DNA of 64,000 nt. It comes from Octopus sinensis (taxonomy: Eukaryota). Location: positions 81,282,001 through 81,346,000 of the forward strand of contig NC_042997.1 in the NCBI RefSeq assembly GCF_006345805.1, written 5' to 3'. A model generated the notes under the pieces. The model did no database searches. It worked only from the letters and a program-made list of their open reading frames with translations, and was not told the DNA's origin. Positions within the stretch are counted from its first letter, which is position 1, and each line of letters opens with the position of its first letter. Of this stretch, positions 36,879 to 49,076 are shown one piece after another. The position numbers and the translations under genes are program-made.

Positions 36879-37742
36879 AACCCATGCTAGCATGGAAAAC
36901 GGACGCTAAATGATGATGATGATGATGATGATGATGTTATCACTAGCGATATATCAAGATATAACTTTGGATTTTGTATTTTATGTGTAGATGTATATAT
37001 ATAGATGTACATGTAATATGTACACATATATATACACATATATGCATGCACTAGCACGATGACCCGGCAACGACGGGTCATAATGCTAACTGTGTCGGTG
37101 GCACATTAAAAAAAAAAAAAACACCATCCGAGCGTGGCCGTTTGCCAGCCTCGTCTGGCACCTGTGTCGGTGGCACATAAAATCACCCACTACACTCTCG
37201 GAGTGGTTGGCGTTAGGAAGGGCATCCAGCTGTAGAAACACTGCCAGATCTGACTGGCCTGGTGCAGCCTTCGGGCTCCTCAGACCCCAGTTGAACCGTC
37301 CAACCATGCTAGCATGGAAAACGGACGCTAAATGATGATGATGATGATGATGATGATGTTATCACTAGCGATATATCAAGATATAACTTTGGATTTTGTA
37401 TTTTATGTGTAGATGTATATATATAGATGTACATGTAATATGTACACATATATATACACATATATGCATGCACTAGCACGATGACCCGGCAACGACGGGT
37501 CATAATGCTAACTGTGTCGGTGGCACATTAAAAAAAAAAAAAACACCATCCGAGCGTGGCCGTTTGCCAGCCTCGTCTGGCACCTGTGTCGGTGGCACAT
37601 AAAATCACCCACTACACTCTCGGAGTGGTTGGCGTTAGGAAGGGCATCCAGCTGTAGAAACACTGCCAGATCTGACTGGCCTGGTGCAGCCTTCGGGCTC
37701 CTCAGACCCCAGTTGAACCGTCCAACCCATGCTAGCATGGAA
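36879..37742 (+). repeat. Tandem duplication, 422-bp unit, near-identical
   Basis: ORF track entries repeat at an offset of 422. The only difference I saw is one C in a homopolymer (caaccatg vs caacccatg). Confidence 0.92.
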
Positions 37743-38371
37743 AGCGGACGTTAAATGATGATGATATGTATACACATAAATTACTTTTTTACTCTGTTAC
37801 TTGTTTCAGTCATTTGAATGTGACCATACTGGAGTACTACCTTTTTGTTGAAGAAATCCACCCATGGACTTATTCTTTGTAAGCCTGGTGCGTATTCTAT
37901 CAATATCTTCCACTGAACTGCTATGTTAGAGGGATGTAAACACATCAACATCGGTTTCTAAGTCATGGTGTGGGAGGGACAAACACAGACACAAATACAC
38001 ATACATAAATATATATATATAATGATACTGGAAGTTCTGGAAAAGAATATATCATAGAGCTTGTGTTTCCCAACGGTAGAGTTATTGGATCAGATGATGT
38101 AAAAATAAGAAAAATCTAAAACAGAGGAGTTCTGTACACAAGTCTAATGACAAGGCTTGAAATGGTCTTCCTTCTGAACTGTGTAGGTCAATTCAGGTGG
38201 TTATTTACACATACACACACACACTCCTTTTATGGCAATCTGCCTCACAAATCCTTATCATCTATATCTTCCTCATCTTTACCACAATTATTATCAACCA
38301 CTCCTATCATCCTCAATATTAGCTTCATGATTATCATCCCTCATTATTACCATCACCATTATCATCTACAT

Positions 38372-38657
38372 CAGTGGTTCCCAAAGTGGGTGGTACTGCC
38401 TCTTCTGAGAATAGTGGAAAGAGCCAGGGGGTGCTGAAGAAAAGTGGGGGCAGTAAAGGGGTGGCCAAAAGAGGACAATGGATGTAAAAACAACAAAATA
38501 GTGGGTTAATTAGCTTAAGCTTTATTTGGGAAATACTGCTGTTTTGAACTTGATGCAGAAAGTAGTCTATGTTTGTGGTGGTAAGTGGGGTGGGGGCGCT
38601 AGGAATGTGACCTGGGTGCCAAGGGGATGGCAACCTGAAAATGTTTGGGGACCACTG
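38372..38657. mobile_element. hAT (Charlie-type) MITE
   Basis: TIRs CAGTGGTTCCCAAA and CAGTGGTCCCCAAA. Flanks ATCTACAT and GTCTATGT fit a decayed 8-bp NTCTANNN TSD. Confidence 0.82.
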
Positions 38658-38779
38658 GTCTATGTTATCTTCATCACCATCAATTTGATTTTATACTCCT
38701 GAATGTTTTTTTAAAAATTGGTCTCTGTGACTGAGAGATAAATAAGTGTAAGTCACACTAATTTTATACTTGTGCTTTA

Positions 38780-39045
38780 CTGGCACCTGTGGTGGTGGCA
38801 TGTGTAAAAGGATTCGAGCGAGGTCATTGCTAGTACCGCCTGACTGGCCCCCGTGCCGGTGGCGCGTAAAAAGCACCCACTACACTCTCGGAGTGGTTGG
38901 CGTTAGGAAGGGCATCCAGCTGTAGAAACTCTGCCAAATCAAGATTGGAGCCTGGTGCAGCCATCTGGTTCGCCAGCCCTCAGTCAAAATCGTCCAACCC
39001 ATGCTAGCATGGAAAGCGGATGTTAAATGATGATGATGATGATGA
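38780..39045 (+). mobile_element. RTE LINE 3' tail ending in (GAT)n
   Basis: Same tail as the 34040 copy. Confidence 0.85.
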
Positions 39046-39060
39046 TATATAAATATGCAT

Positions 39061-39131
<71 letters not shown>

Positions 39132-39268
39132 TATATGCATATATATATACATATAGATATACATACATATATGTATATATATGCACATACACACACATAT
39201 ATATATATGAATTTATATATATACATACACATATATATATCTATATATACATACACACACACACACAC

Positions 39269-39319
<51 letters not shown>

Positions 39320-39491
39320 TGCACACACACATATATACATATGAATTTATATATATACATATATACATATGTATATATACATATATATACATATATATAT
39401 ACATACATATATATATATATATACATATATACACACACACACATATATATACACATAAATATACATGTGTAAATATACGTATACATAAATA

Positions 39492-39523
<32 letters not shown>

Positions 39524-39769
39524 ATAGGGTGAAATTAATTAATTTGGAATAATCATTAATTTACATGCCGAAATCTCTCTCTCTCTCTCTATATATATAT
39601 ACTTATATATATATGTATACGTCTATATGTATACATATATATATACATACATACATATACATGCATACATATACATAAATATATAATAGGGTAAGTATTA
39701 GAAATGAAACTAATATATATATGTTCATAGTAAAAGTAGTAATAGTTTCACTATTAAAACTGAAAGTAT

Positions 39770-40025
39770 TATCTCACATTACGATAGAGATGTTATTGTT
39801 TCACTTTTGACACTTAATACTGAAATAGTGTAAGAGATAAGAGATTGCTCCAGGCTCGCATTAGGCAAGGAGTTAAAAATATTTTTTAGCCCATGACACT
39901 GCATGGACCCTAAGTAAGGTATGTGTAAAATTTGAATGAAATTAGTAGGTGAGTTCTTGAGTTTTAGTGATGCAGACATACAAACAGACAGATAGACACA
40001 CACATTCTCAGTTTTATATATATAT
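39770..40025 (-). mobile_element. Helitron/HINE-like element, 5' part, second copy
   Basis: Reverse complement aligns with 35443-35720 (aaaactgagaatgtgtgt...cttacttagggtccatg...aaaagtgaaacaa). Confidence 0.55.
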
Positions 40026-40779
40026 AGATGATGATATATAGATGATATATATATATATATATAATATATATATATATATAATAATATATATATATATATA
40101 TATATATATGATGATATATGTATGTATGTTGTATACATGCACATGCACACACACACACGCGCATATTTATATATGCATGTATGTATGTTAGTAGGCAGAT
40201 AGGTATACACACAAATTTGGCTCTTTCAAGAATATTCTCTCCAGCAGTGCCTGGCAGGAAGTATTAATGCTACCAGCAAATGTTTAGGTTCTTTTGACCC
40301 ACATTCTAATATATTGTTTCTCTCTCCCTATTAATCATACAGCTTTTACACACTAATCCCAGAGATACTTAATGTAGTTCAATGATTTAATGATTTAATG
40401 TCTCCTTTCAGCATATAGGCAAGAACTTTTTTCTGTGCCCTTAATTATAATTGTATTTATGATTTCACCTTAATAGGTTTATTTTCTTATATGCTGGCCA
40501 CTGATAAAATTTTTAACAATTTTATCCTTTTACATTATAACTGAATTAATTCCCATTCACTTCGGGACAGTTTTAGCCACATACATGCTATTCTCGACTG
40601 GCTACACATGTGTCAAGGCTTGCTATGGAATTTGATATAGATATATTTTGGGTACTTATATGCATTCATGACATTGCGTCTGCTTTTCTGTTCTTATGTA
40701 TAACTATTTCATTTATTTCCTGGTATTTTCTGATGAGAAAGGAAAAATCTTTGGGTTAATCCAGAAATTGGTCTGATCC

Positions 40780-40869
<90 letters not shown>

Positions 40870-40871
<2 letters not shown>

Positions 40872-40932
40872 TTATTTAAAGCAGCAGAAAATTCAATAAA
40901 ACCTGTTGAATTTTCTGCTGCTTTAAATAAAG
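40870..40932. repeat. Perfect 27-bp-stem hairpin with 9-nt loop
   Basis: CTTTATTTAAAGCAGCAGAAAATTCAA-taaaacctg-TTGAATTTTCTGCTGCTTTAAATAAAG. Confidence 0.95.
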
Positions 40933-41025
40933 CATATTACTCTACCACTGGTATTTGAGTACTCTTTTTTCCACCTTGTTTCACATTTATGTGTTTACTC
41001 CGGTATATGTATATATATATATATA

Positions 41026-42190
41026 CATCATCATCATCATCATTTAGCGTCCGTTTTCCATGCTAGCATGGGTTGGACGGTTCAACTGGGGTCTGTGAAG
41101 CTGGAAGGCTTCATCAGGCCTAGTCAGATCTGGCAGTGTTTCTACGGCTGGATGCCCTTCCTAACGCCAACCACTCCGTGAGTGTAGTGGGTGCTTTTTA
41201 CATGCCACCCGCACAGGTGCCAGACAGAGCTGGCAAACGGCCACGAGCGGATGGTGCTTTTACGTGTCACCGGCACGGGGCCAGGCGAGGCTGGCAACGG
41301 ACACAAACGGATGGTACTTTTACGTGCCACCGACACGGGGGCCAGACAGAGCTGGCAAACAGCCACAAACGGATGGTGCTTTTACGTGTCACCAGCACGG
41401 GGGCCAGGCAAGGCTGGCAACGGATATGAACGGATGGTGCTTTTACGTGCCACCGACACAGGGGCCAGACAGAGCTGGCAAACGGCCACGAACGGATGGT
41501 GCTTTTACGTGTCACCGGCATGGGGGCCAGGCGAGGCTGGCAATGGACACGAACGGATGGTGCTTTTACATGCCACCGACACAGGGGCAGACAGAGCTGG
41601 CAAACAGCCACGAACGGATGGTGCTTTTACGTGTCACCGGCACGGGGGCCAGGCGAGGCTAGCAACGGACACGAACGGATGGTGCTTTTACGTGCCACGG
41701 CATGGAGGCTAGACGGGGCGGCGCTGGCAACGACCACGATCGGATGGTTCGCTTAACCACAGCTGCAATTCCCACTGATGTTGATCAACCTAAATTTTGG
41801 TTCTGCTTTCTGATATATGATTTGATTTGGTTTGATTTTGATTGTTTTCACTGGTCTTGCCGGGTCTTCTCAAGCACAGCATACTTCCATAGGTCTCGGT
41901 CTCTGGTCATTTCCTTGGTGAGACCTAAAATTCGAAGGTCGTGCTTCACCACCTCGTCCCAGGTTTTCCTGGGTCTACCTCTTCCACAGGTCCCCTCAAC
42001 TGCCAGGGTGTGGCACTTTCGCACACAACTATCTTCAGCCATTCTCGTCACATGACCATACCAGCGCAAACGTCTCTCTTGCACACAACAACTGATGCTT
42101 CTTAGGTCCAACTTTTCTCTCAAGGTACTTACACTCTGTCGATTATGAACACTGACATTACACATCCATCGGAGCATACTAGCTTCATTT
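41026..42190 (-). mobile_element. Young RTE LINE 3' end (ORF2 C-terminus plus 3' UTR with minisatellite), copy 1
   Basis: Uninterrupted [14 protein letters not shown]...[12 protein letters not shown]...[18 protein letters not shown]...LEKTRQDQ*, then the 3' UTR and (GAT)n tail. Confidence 0.92.
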
Positions 42191-42326
42191 ATATATACAT
42201 ACATACATATATATCTATATATATATAGATATATATACATACATACATACATACATACATGCATACATATATACATACATACATACATATATACATACAT
42301 ACATACATGCATACATATATACATAC

Positions 42327-42396
<70 letters not shown>

Positions 42397-42582
42397 TATA
42401 TATATAAGAAAAATGTCCATTTCCTTGGTTTTGTGTTTATGTTTTCATTTCTCATTGTGTTCAACGGTTTTTGGGTGTCCTGTACCCATATATGTATGTA
42501 TATATACATATAGATGTAGGTACGTACATATATGTATATAGGCATATGTTTTATTTATTATTTTGTTATATATATATATATA

Positions 42583-43749
42583 CATCATCATCATCATCAT
42601 TTAGCGTCCGTTTTCCATGCTAGCATGGGTTGGACGGTTCAACTGGGGTCTGTGAAGCTGGAAGGCTTCATCAGGCCTAGTCAGATCTGGCAGTGTTTCT
42701 ACGGCTGGATGCCCTTCCTAACGCCAACCACTCCGTGAGTGTAGTGGGTGCTTTTTACATGCCACCCGCACAGGTGCCAGACAGAGCTGGCAAACGGCCA
42801 CGAGCGGATGGTGCTTTTACGTGTCACCGGCACGGGGCCAGGCGAGGCTGGCAACGGACACAAACGGATGGTACTTTTACGTGCCACCGACACGGGGGCC
42901 AGACAGAGCTGGCAAACAGCCACAAACGGATGGTGCTTTTACGTGTCACCAGCACGGGGGCCAGGCAAGGCTGGCAACGGATATGAACGGATGGTGCTTT
43001 TACGTGCCACCGACACAGGGGCCAGACAGAGCTGGCAAACGGCCACGAACGGATGGTGCTTTTACGTGTCACCGGCATGGGGGCCAGGCGAGGCTGGCAA
43101 TGGACACGAACGGATGGTGCTTTTACATGCCACCGACACAGGGGCCAGACAGAGCTGGCAAACAGCCACGAACGGATGGTGCTTTTACGTGTCACCGGCA
43201 CGGGGGCCAGGCGAGGCTAGCAACGGACACGAACGGATGGTGCTTTTACGTGCCACCGGCATGGAGGCTAGACGGGGCGGCGCTGGCAACGACCACGATC
43301 GGATGGTTCGCTTAACCACAGCTGCAATTCCCACTGATGTTGATCAACCTAAATTTTGGTTCTGCTTTCTGATATATGATTTGATTTGGTTTGATTTTGA
43401 TTGTTTTCACTGGTCTTGCCGGGTCTTCTCAAGCACAGCATACTTCCATAGGTCTCGGTCTCTGGTCATTTCCTTGGTGAGACCTAAAATTCGAAGGTCG
43501 TGCTTCACCACCTCGTCCCAGGTTTTCCTGGGTCTACCTCTTCCACAGGTCCCCTCAACTGCCAGGGTGTGGCACTTTCGCACACAACTATCTTCAGCCA
43601 TTCTCGTCACATGACCATACCAGCGCAAACGTCTCTCTTGCACACAACAACTGATGCTTCTTAGGTCCAACTTTTCTCTCAAGGTACTTACACTCTGTCG
43701 ATTATGAACACTGACATTACACATCCATCGGAGCATACTAGCTTCATTT
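42583..43749 (-). mobile_element. Young RTE LINE 3' end, copy 2 (duplicated unit)
   Basis: Same as copy 1. Confidence 0.92.
42750..43310. repeat. GC-rich minisatellite, about 9 units of 60-62 bp alternating between two types (also at about 41193-41751)
   Basis: Units start ggatggtgcttttacgtg. Type A has tcaccggc..ccaggcgaggctggcaac; type B has ccaccgac..ccagacagagctggcaaac. Confidence 0.9.
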
Positions 43750-43885
43750 ATATATACATACATACATATATATCTATATATATATAGATATATATACATA
43801 CATACATACATACATACATGCATACATATATACATACATACATACATATATACATACATACATACATGCATACATATATACATAC

Positions 43886-43955
<70 letters not shown>

Positions 43956-44124
43956 TATATATATAAGAAAAATGTCCATTTCCTTGGTTTTGTGTTTATG
44001 TTTTCATTTCTCATTGTGTTCAACGGTTTTTGGGTGTCCTGTACCCATATATGTATGTATATATACATATAGATGTAGGTACGTACATATATGTATATAG
44101 GCATATGTTTTATTTATTATTTTG

Positions 44125-44190
<66 letters not shown>

Positions 44191-45356
44191 TTTAGCTTCC
44201 TTTTTTCATTAATTCTTTTAATACTAATGACTAAAAAGGAAATACAACCTCCTTATGAAGAGAGAGTGATGAGATTAACAATCTAAAACACATGAACATA
44301 GTGTTCTACCAGCCTCTGCATGGTTGTTAGTCTTACTAAAAACAGCAGTCAAATTTTCTTTATCTGGCAATTTGAAAGATGGCATAACATAAAGAAGAAA
44401 TGTTATAACTAAAATAACTAAAACATATAAAAAAGAGATTATTATGCTTGGGATGCCTTTTATTAAATATCAGTTTGATCTGAATGACAAAGGATTAAAT
44501 AACTCATATCATTTCCATAAAAGGTATCAAATATCGATGTCATTTAACTAGGTTCAAGACCTTTGTTTTAATGAATAATAATGCAATCCAGTGAAACCCC
44601 TCTAGTTTATTACTGGTACAAATCCTATCTATATTATGGATGGGTGATGAAGATAAAATGCCTCATGTGGGATTTGAAATCTGAGCCTTGAGAACCAAAA
44701 CTGAACACTGCAAAGCATTTAATCTCATGTCCTATTATCTATACCAATCTACTGTCTTCTGATAGATCACAAAACAGCTAATCACTATAAAATACAAAAA
44801 CACTTTGGTACATATGAGAAGTTAATAATGTTATGATTATAAAGATGCAATCAAAAAATGTTTCATGTGTCAGGATAATAAACAACTGAGAGCCAAAACA
44901 GAATTAATTAGCTTACTCCAAACACACCACACAACTCATATACATATGTTTCTTATATCAACTAACTCTATAATGTAGATTTAGTTAGAGTTCCCTTTTG
45001 ACTGCTTGCCTACATCTGTAACGGATTTTATTATATCTCCTAAGTTCTCAGCCAACATCATTTATTAATTGGTTCATTTTAGGCAGACTTTCAAGCTAAT
45101 GCCTTAATATTAACAAGATATCAATGTTTCCATCGAGACATGTTAACAAGACTAACTAAACTATTCCAAGATTAACTAAGCTATTTGTTATACTAAAAAA
45201 TAAATGTTTCATCATTTAATTTCAATAATAATCTACTTTCACAGTATTTTGTTAAAGTAAAAAATATTCAGGTTAGTCTATCATAAGATGTACTGCAGAG
45301 ATAATATGTTAGCAAGCACATGATTTCCTTTATCTACAGAAAATGATATCTTTTAT

Positions 45357-45570
45357 CTTTTACTTGTTTCAGTCATTGAGCTGTGACCATGCTGGGGTAC
45401 TGCTTTGAAGGGCTTTTAGTAAAAAAAAATTGGTCCCAGTGCTTATATTTTTAAACCTGGTACTTGTTCTCTTGATCTCCTTTGCTGAACAGCTAAGTTA
45501 TGGGGACAAAAACAAACACCAGCTGTCAAGTGATAGGCAACAGGTACACACATACACACAAACACACATG
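45357..45570 (-). mobile_element. tRNA-derived SINE 3' part, diverged
   Basis: tttacttgtttcagtcattga.ctgtg.ccatgctgg tail. Confidence 0.7.
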
Positions 45571-45629
45571 CACACACACATGTGCATGCACGCATGCACA
45601 CACATATGCACATGCATGCATCTGTGCAC

Positions 45630-45990
45630 AAGCCAGGTGAAATCACAGTCATGGCAGATGCCAATGTCATGTAACTGGCACGTAAAAAGCACCTTTCAAA
45701 CATTGGGCCTCATGGAGGCAGTGACAAGTGACCGAGACCGTTGGCAATATACTGTACTTGAGAAGACCTGTCAAACCTAGTGAGATCGCAGTTGTTGTTT
45801 CATAACTAGCACATAAGAAGCACCCACTACACTCTTGGAGTGATTGGCATTAGGAAGGGCATCCAGCTGTAGAAACTATGCCAAATCAGATTGGAACATG
45901 GTACAATTCCCCAGCTTACCAGTTTTCAGTCAAACCATCCAACCCATGCCAGCATGGAAAATGGATATTAAATGATGATGATGATGATGA

Positions 45991-45995
<5 letters not shown>
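45630..45995 (+). mobile_element. RTE LINE 3' end and tail
   Basis: LGL.EAVTSDRDRWQYTVLEKTCQ remnant, then the tail and (GAT)n. Confidence 0.8.
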
Positions 45996-46034
<39 letters not shown>

Positions 46035-46359
46035 CTTCTCCTTGACTTTTGCCCTATGCAGCTTATGACCATCTGCACTTATGGTCACCAAAAATAAATA
46101 AATAAATAAAAAATCGACTTTTGGATGTTGGGCAGCTGCGCATATGATAACTATGGCAGTATCTGGCAATGCAGGCACCCACTGCCTGCCACAGTCCCTT
46201 ACTCAGTCACTTTCAAGCATCTGTTGTGTTTGAATGAAAATAGTGTTAAAAAATATAAATCCAACATACCACCAGATCAACTTACAACCTGTCAGTTATA
46301 ATGGAACTCAGTTGGAATGGAACTCAGTTGTAAGTCAAGAAGGTGTATATATAATTATC

Positions 46360-47530
46360 ATACATACATGGTGCAGCAATATTAGGGGAAGGTTAACAGC
46401 GAAACTAGCATTTGTATGTGGAAAATGCACAGATACAATAAATGCTGAAAATGGGCAGAAAATAGACTCCATCAACTGCCAAGGGAACAAGCTAGAGGTA
46501 GTAGATAGCTTCCATTATCTAGGTGACCAAGTTAGTAGTGGAGGTGAATGCTCCATGAGCATAACTGTAAGAATAAGATTAGGATGTGCAAAGTTCAGAG
46601 AGCCCCTACCCCTGCTGGCAACAAAGGGCCTCTCTCTCAGAGATTGTTTGATGCCTGTGTGTGAACAACTATGCTGAATGGCAGTGAAACATGGGCTGTG
46701 ACAGCCAAGGACATGTGTAGGCTTGAAAGAAATGAAGCCAGTATGCTTCGCTTGATGTGCAGTGTCGGTGTGCATGTTCGACAGAGTATAAGCATCTTGA
46801 GAGAAGAGTTAAGCATGAGAGGCATCAGATGTGGTGTGCAAGAGAGACAACTGCACTGTATGGTCGTGTGATGCATATGGACGAGTACAGCTGTGTAAAG
46901 AAGTCCCGATCTCTAACTTTGGAGGGAGTCTGTGATAGTGGTAGACCCAAGAAGGCATGGGACAAGGTGGTGAAGCATGATCTTTGAACTTTGAGCCTCA
47001 CAGAGGCAATGACTAATGACCAAGACCTTTGGACATGTGCTGTGCTTGAGAGGACCCATCAAGCTAAGTGCACCGGTGCTGGTGGCATGTAAAGAACACC
47101 TTTCAAGCATTCACAGAGGCAAAGTGGCTGAGTTTCTTTCAAGCATTGGGCCTCACGGAGGCAAAGTGGCTGAGTTCCTTCCGAGTGTTGGGCCTCACAG
47201 AGGCAATGGCCAAAACCTATGGCATTATGTCATGCTTGAGAAGTAGATCCATCAAGCTGAGCAAAATCACAGTCATAGCAGATACCAGTGTCACGCATAT
47301 TGGCACCATGCCAGTAGCACATAAAAGCACCCCTGTGTAATGCAAATGGCACCCGTGCTGATGGCACATAAAAGTACCTATTACACACTTGGAATGGATG
47401 GCACAAGGAAGGGCATCCACCCATAGAAAACCATGCCAAATCAGACTGGAGTCTGGTGCAGCCCTCCAGCATGCCAGCCTGTCAAACCATCCAATCCATG
47501 CCAGCATGGACAATGGACATTAAATGATCA
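46360..47530 (+). mobile_element. RTE LINE ORF2 3' part plus tail, decayed
   Basis: WCSNIRGRL..FVCGKC, LEVVDSFHYLGDQVSSGG, LNGSETWAVT, RLERNEASML, GRPKKAWDKVVKHDL. Confidence 0.9.
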
Positions 47531-48116
47531 ATCAAATCCACAAGGCTTTGGTTAGTCTGAGGGTATAGTTGAAGACACTTGCTCAAAGTGCCATGCAGCA
47601 GGACAGAATCCAGAACAAATAGCTTTCAAAGAGTACTGTTATTAATGCATTAAATTTATTGCTGTTTAACCAAAAGTCAACTCTAATTGAGTAGACTAAT
47701 GACCAAAAGCATTCTGGCAATAGACTTGGTGTATCTAGGACTACATTATCCTTGCTGGCTCTGATAAGTGCAGAATATGAGAATATGTTGATTTAGATAA
47801 AGACCCCGGTTTTGATTTCCTGTTAAAATGACTTTCAGAAAAATGAAAATCACAATTTCTCAATTAACTTTATCAATAGTATTCAGACTTAATTTATCAC
47901 ACAATATAGATATCTTAAACTTTTATTTAATATACTGGCACCAGTAAATTTTACGCATGTTTTCCCCTAGAAGAAATACCCAGATGTTTGCATATATATA
48001 TATATATATATATGTAGAATGACCATGTGAAAAGGAGATGGTGACGAATGAATGACTCCTTTAAAAGCCAAAATACGGATAAATGAATTAAAGTGCCAGA
48101 AAGGAATATGAGAAGA

Positions 48117-49076
48117 TGACACAACCGTAGTATGTAAGAGAAAGTTTTTATTTTAGATGTTAACATGTGGGTAGCAGAGTGTGTGTCTATGTGCTCGACA
48201 TAAGTATGTACATAATAATATTAATAGACAGGCCGTCATGCATACAGTAATGTGTATGTGTGCTAGCAGAGTGTGTCTGTGTGTGCGCTATAAGGACATA
48301 TATAATAAGAACAATAAGACAGGCTGTCAAGCATACAATAATGTGTAAGTGTGTACAAACAAAGGTGTATGCATGTGAGATAAAATACAGAGCAATAGAA
48401 AGTCTATAACAGTACGCTAGAAGTTCAGACACAAGCTGAAGATAATACCAGTTCGTAGTAAGTTGCACAATAGTTGAGTTCTGTACAAGAAGTTGAGGTC
48501 ACAAGGCAGAGGCTGGTTGAACACATGTCATGTAGCAGTTGTGGCTTCTATGCTGTGCCGGGTTACTTGGTACAGAAGGATCTCGCAGGTTGAGCTAGCT
48601 GTTAACCTTGGTGAGTATTCACAAATAGCATGAAGTTAAACCTGGGCGAAGTTGCTGTTGGCATCATTATGTTGAAGGCAACGGTGGTGGAGACAACATT
48701 AAGATTGAAGGCGATGTTAAAATTGAAGGCAATGTTAAGATGAAGGCAACAGTGGTGAAGGTCCTGAATACTGCTAGTGTTAGTGTCACAGTCGCTGGAT
48801 GCTCTGTGGTCAGAGCTTAGTCCTTAGAAGGACTAGAACCAAAGATGCGCAATTCAATGAATCGCTGGGTTTTATAGCAAATTGTAGGCTCAAACAGAGC
48901 TTTAGAAAAACAGTGTCACGGGACCTTATCATAAGGTTGCGATTGGTTGGAGCACACATTGGCGTGAAATAAAGCAAGAAACAAACTGCACCAATACCAA
49001 CCAATCAGAGTAGTGGACACAACTGGGCCTAAGCGGCCAAAGGTTGGCTACATCCGTATTTGTGTTATATATGTCA
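48117..49076 (-). mobile_element. Solo LTR, about 960 bp
   Basis: TGACA...TGTCA termini. On the minus strand: CCAAT near 48945, TATAAAA near 48875 and AATAAA near 48150, about 30 bp from the end. Flanks AAGA/GAGA are an imperfect TSD. No internal gag/pol. Confidence 0.7.

Larger units (their letters stand above)
41010..44130. repeat. Tandem duplication, about 1557-bp unit, near-identical
   Basis: Offset is 1557 at the start and 1559 at the end. The differences seen are two single-C deletions in copy 1. Confidence 0.95.

Noticed and set aside
41191-43614. Repetitive ORFs and a CRISPR-like look of regular 60-bp repeats
   Set aside because: There are no unique spacers, the array sits in a eukaryotic LINE 3' UTR, and the ORFs come from a 123-bp period divisible by 3.
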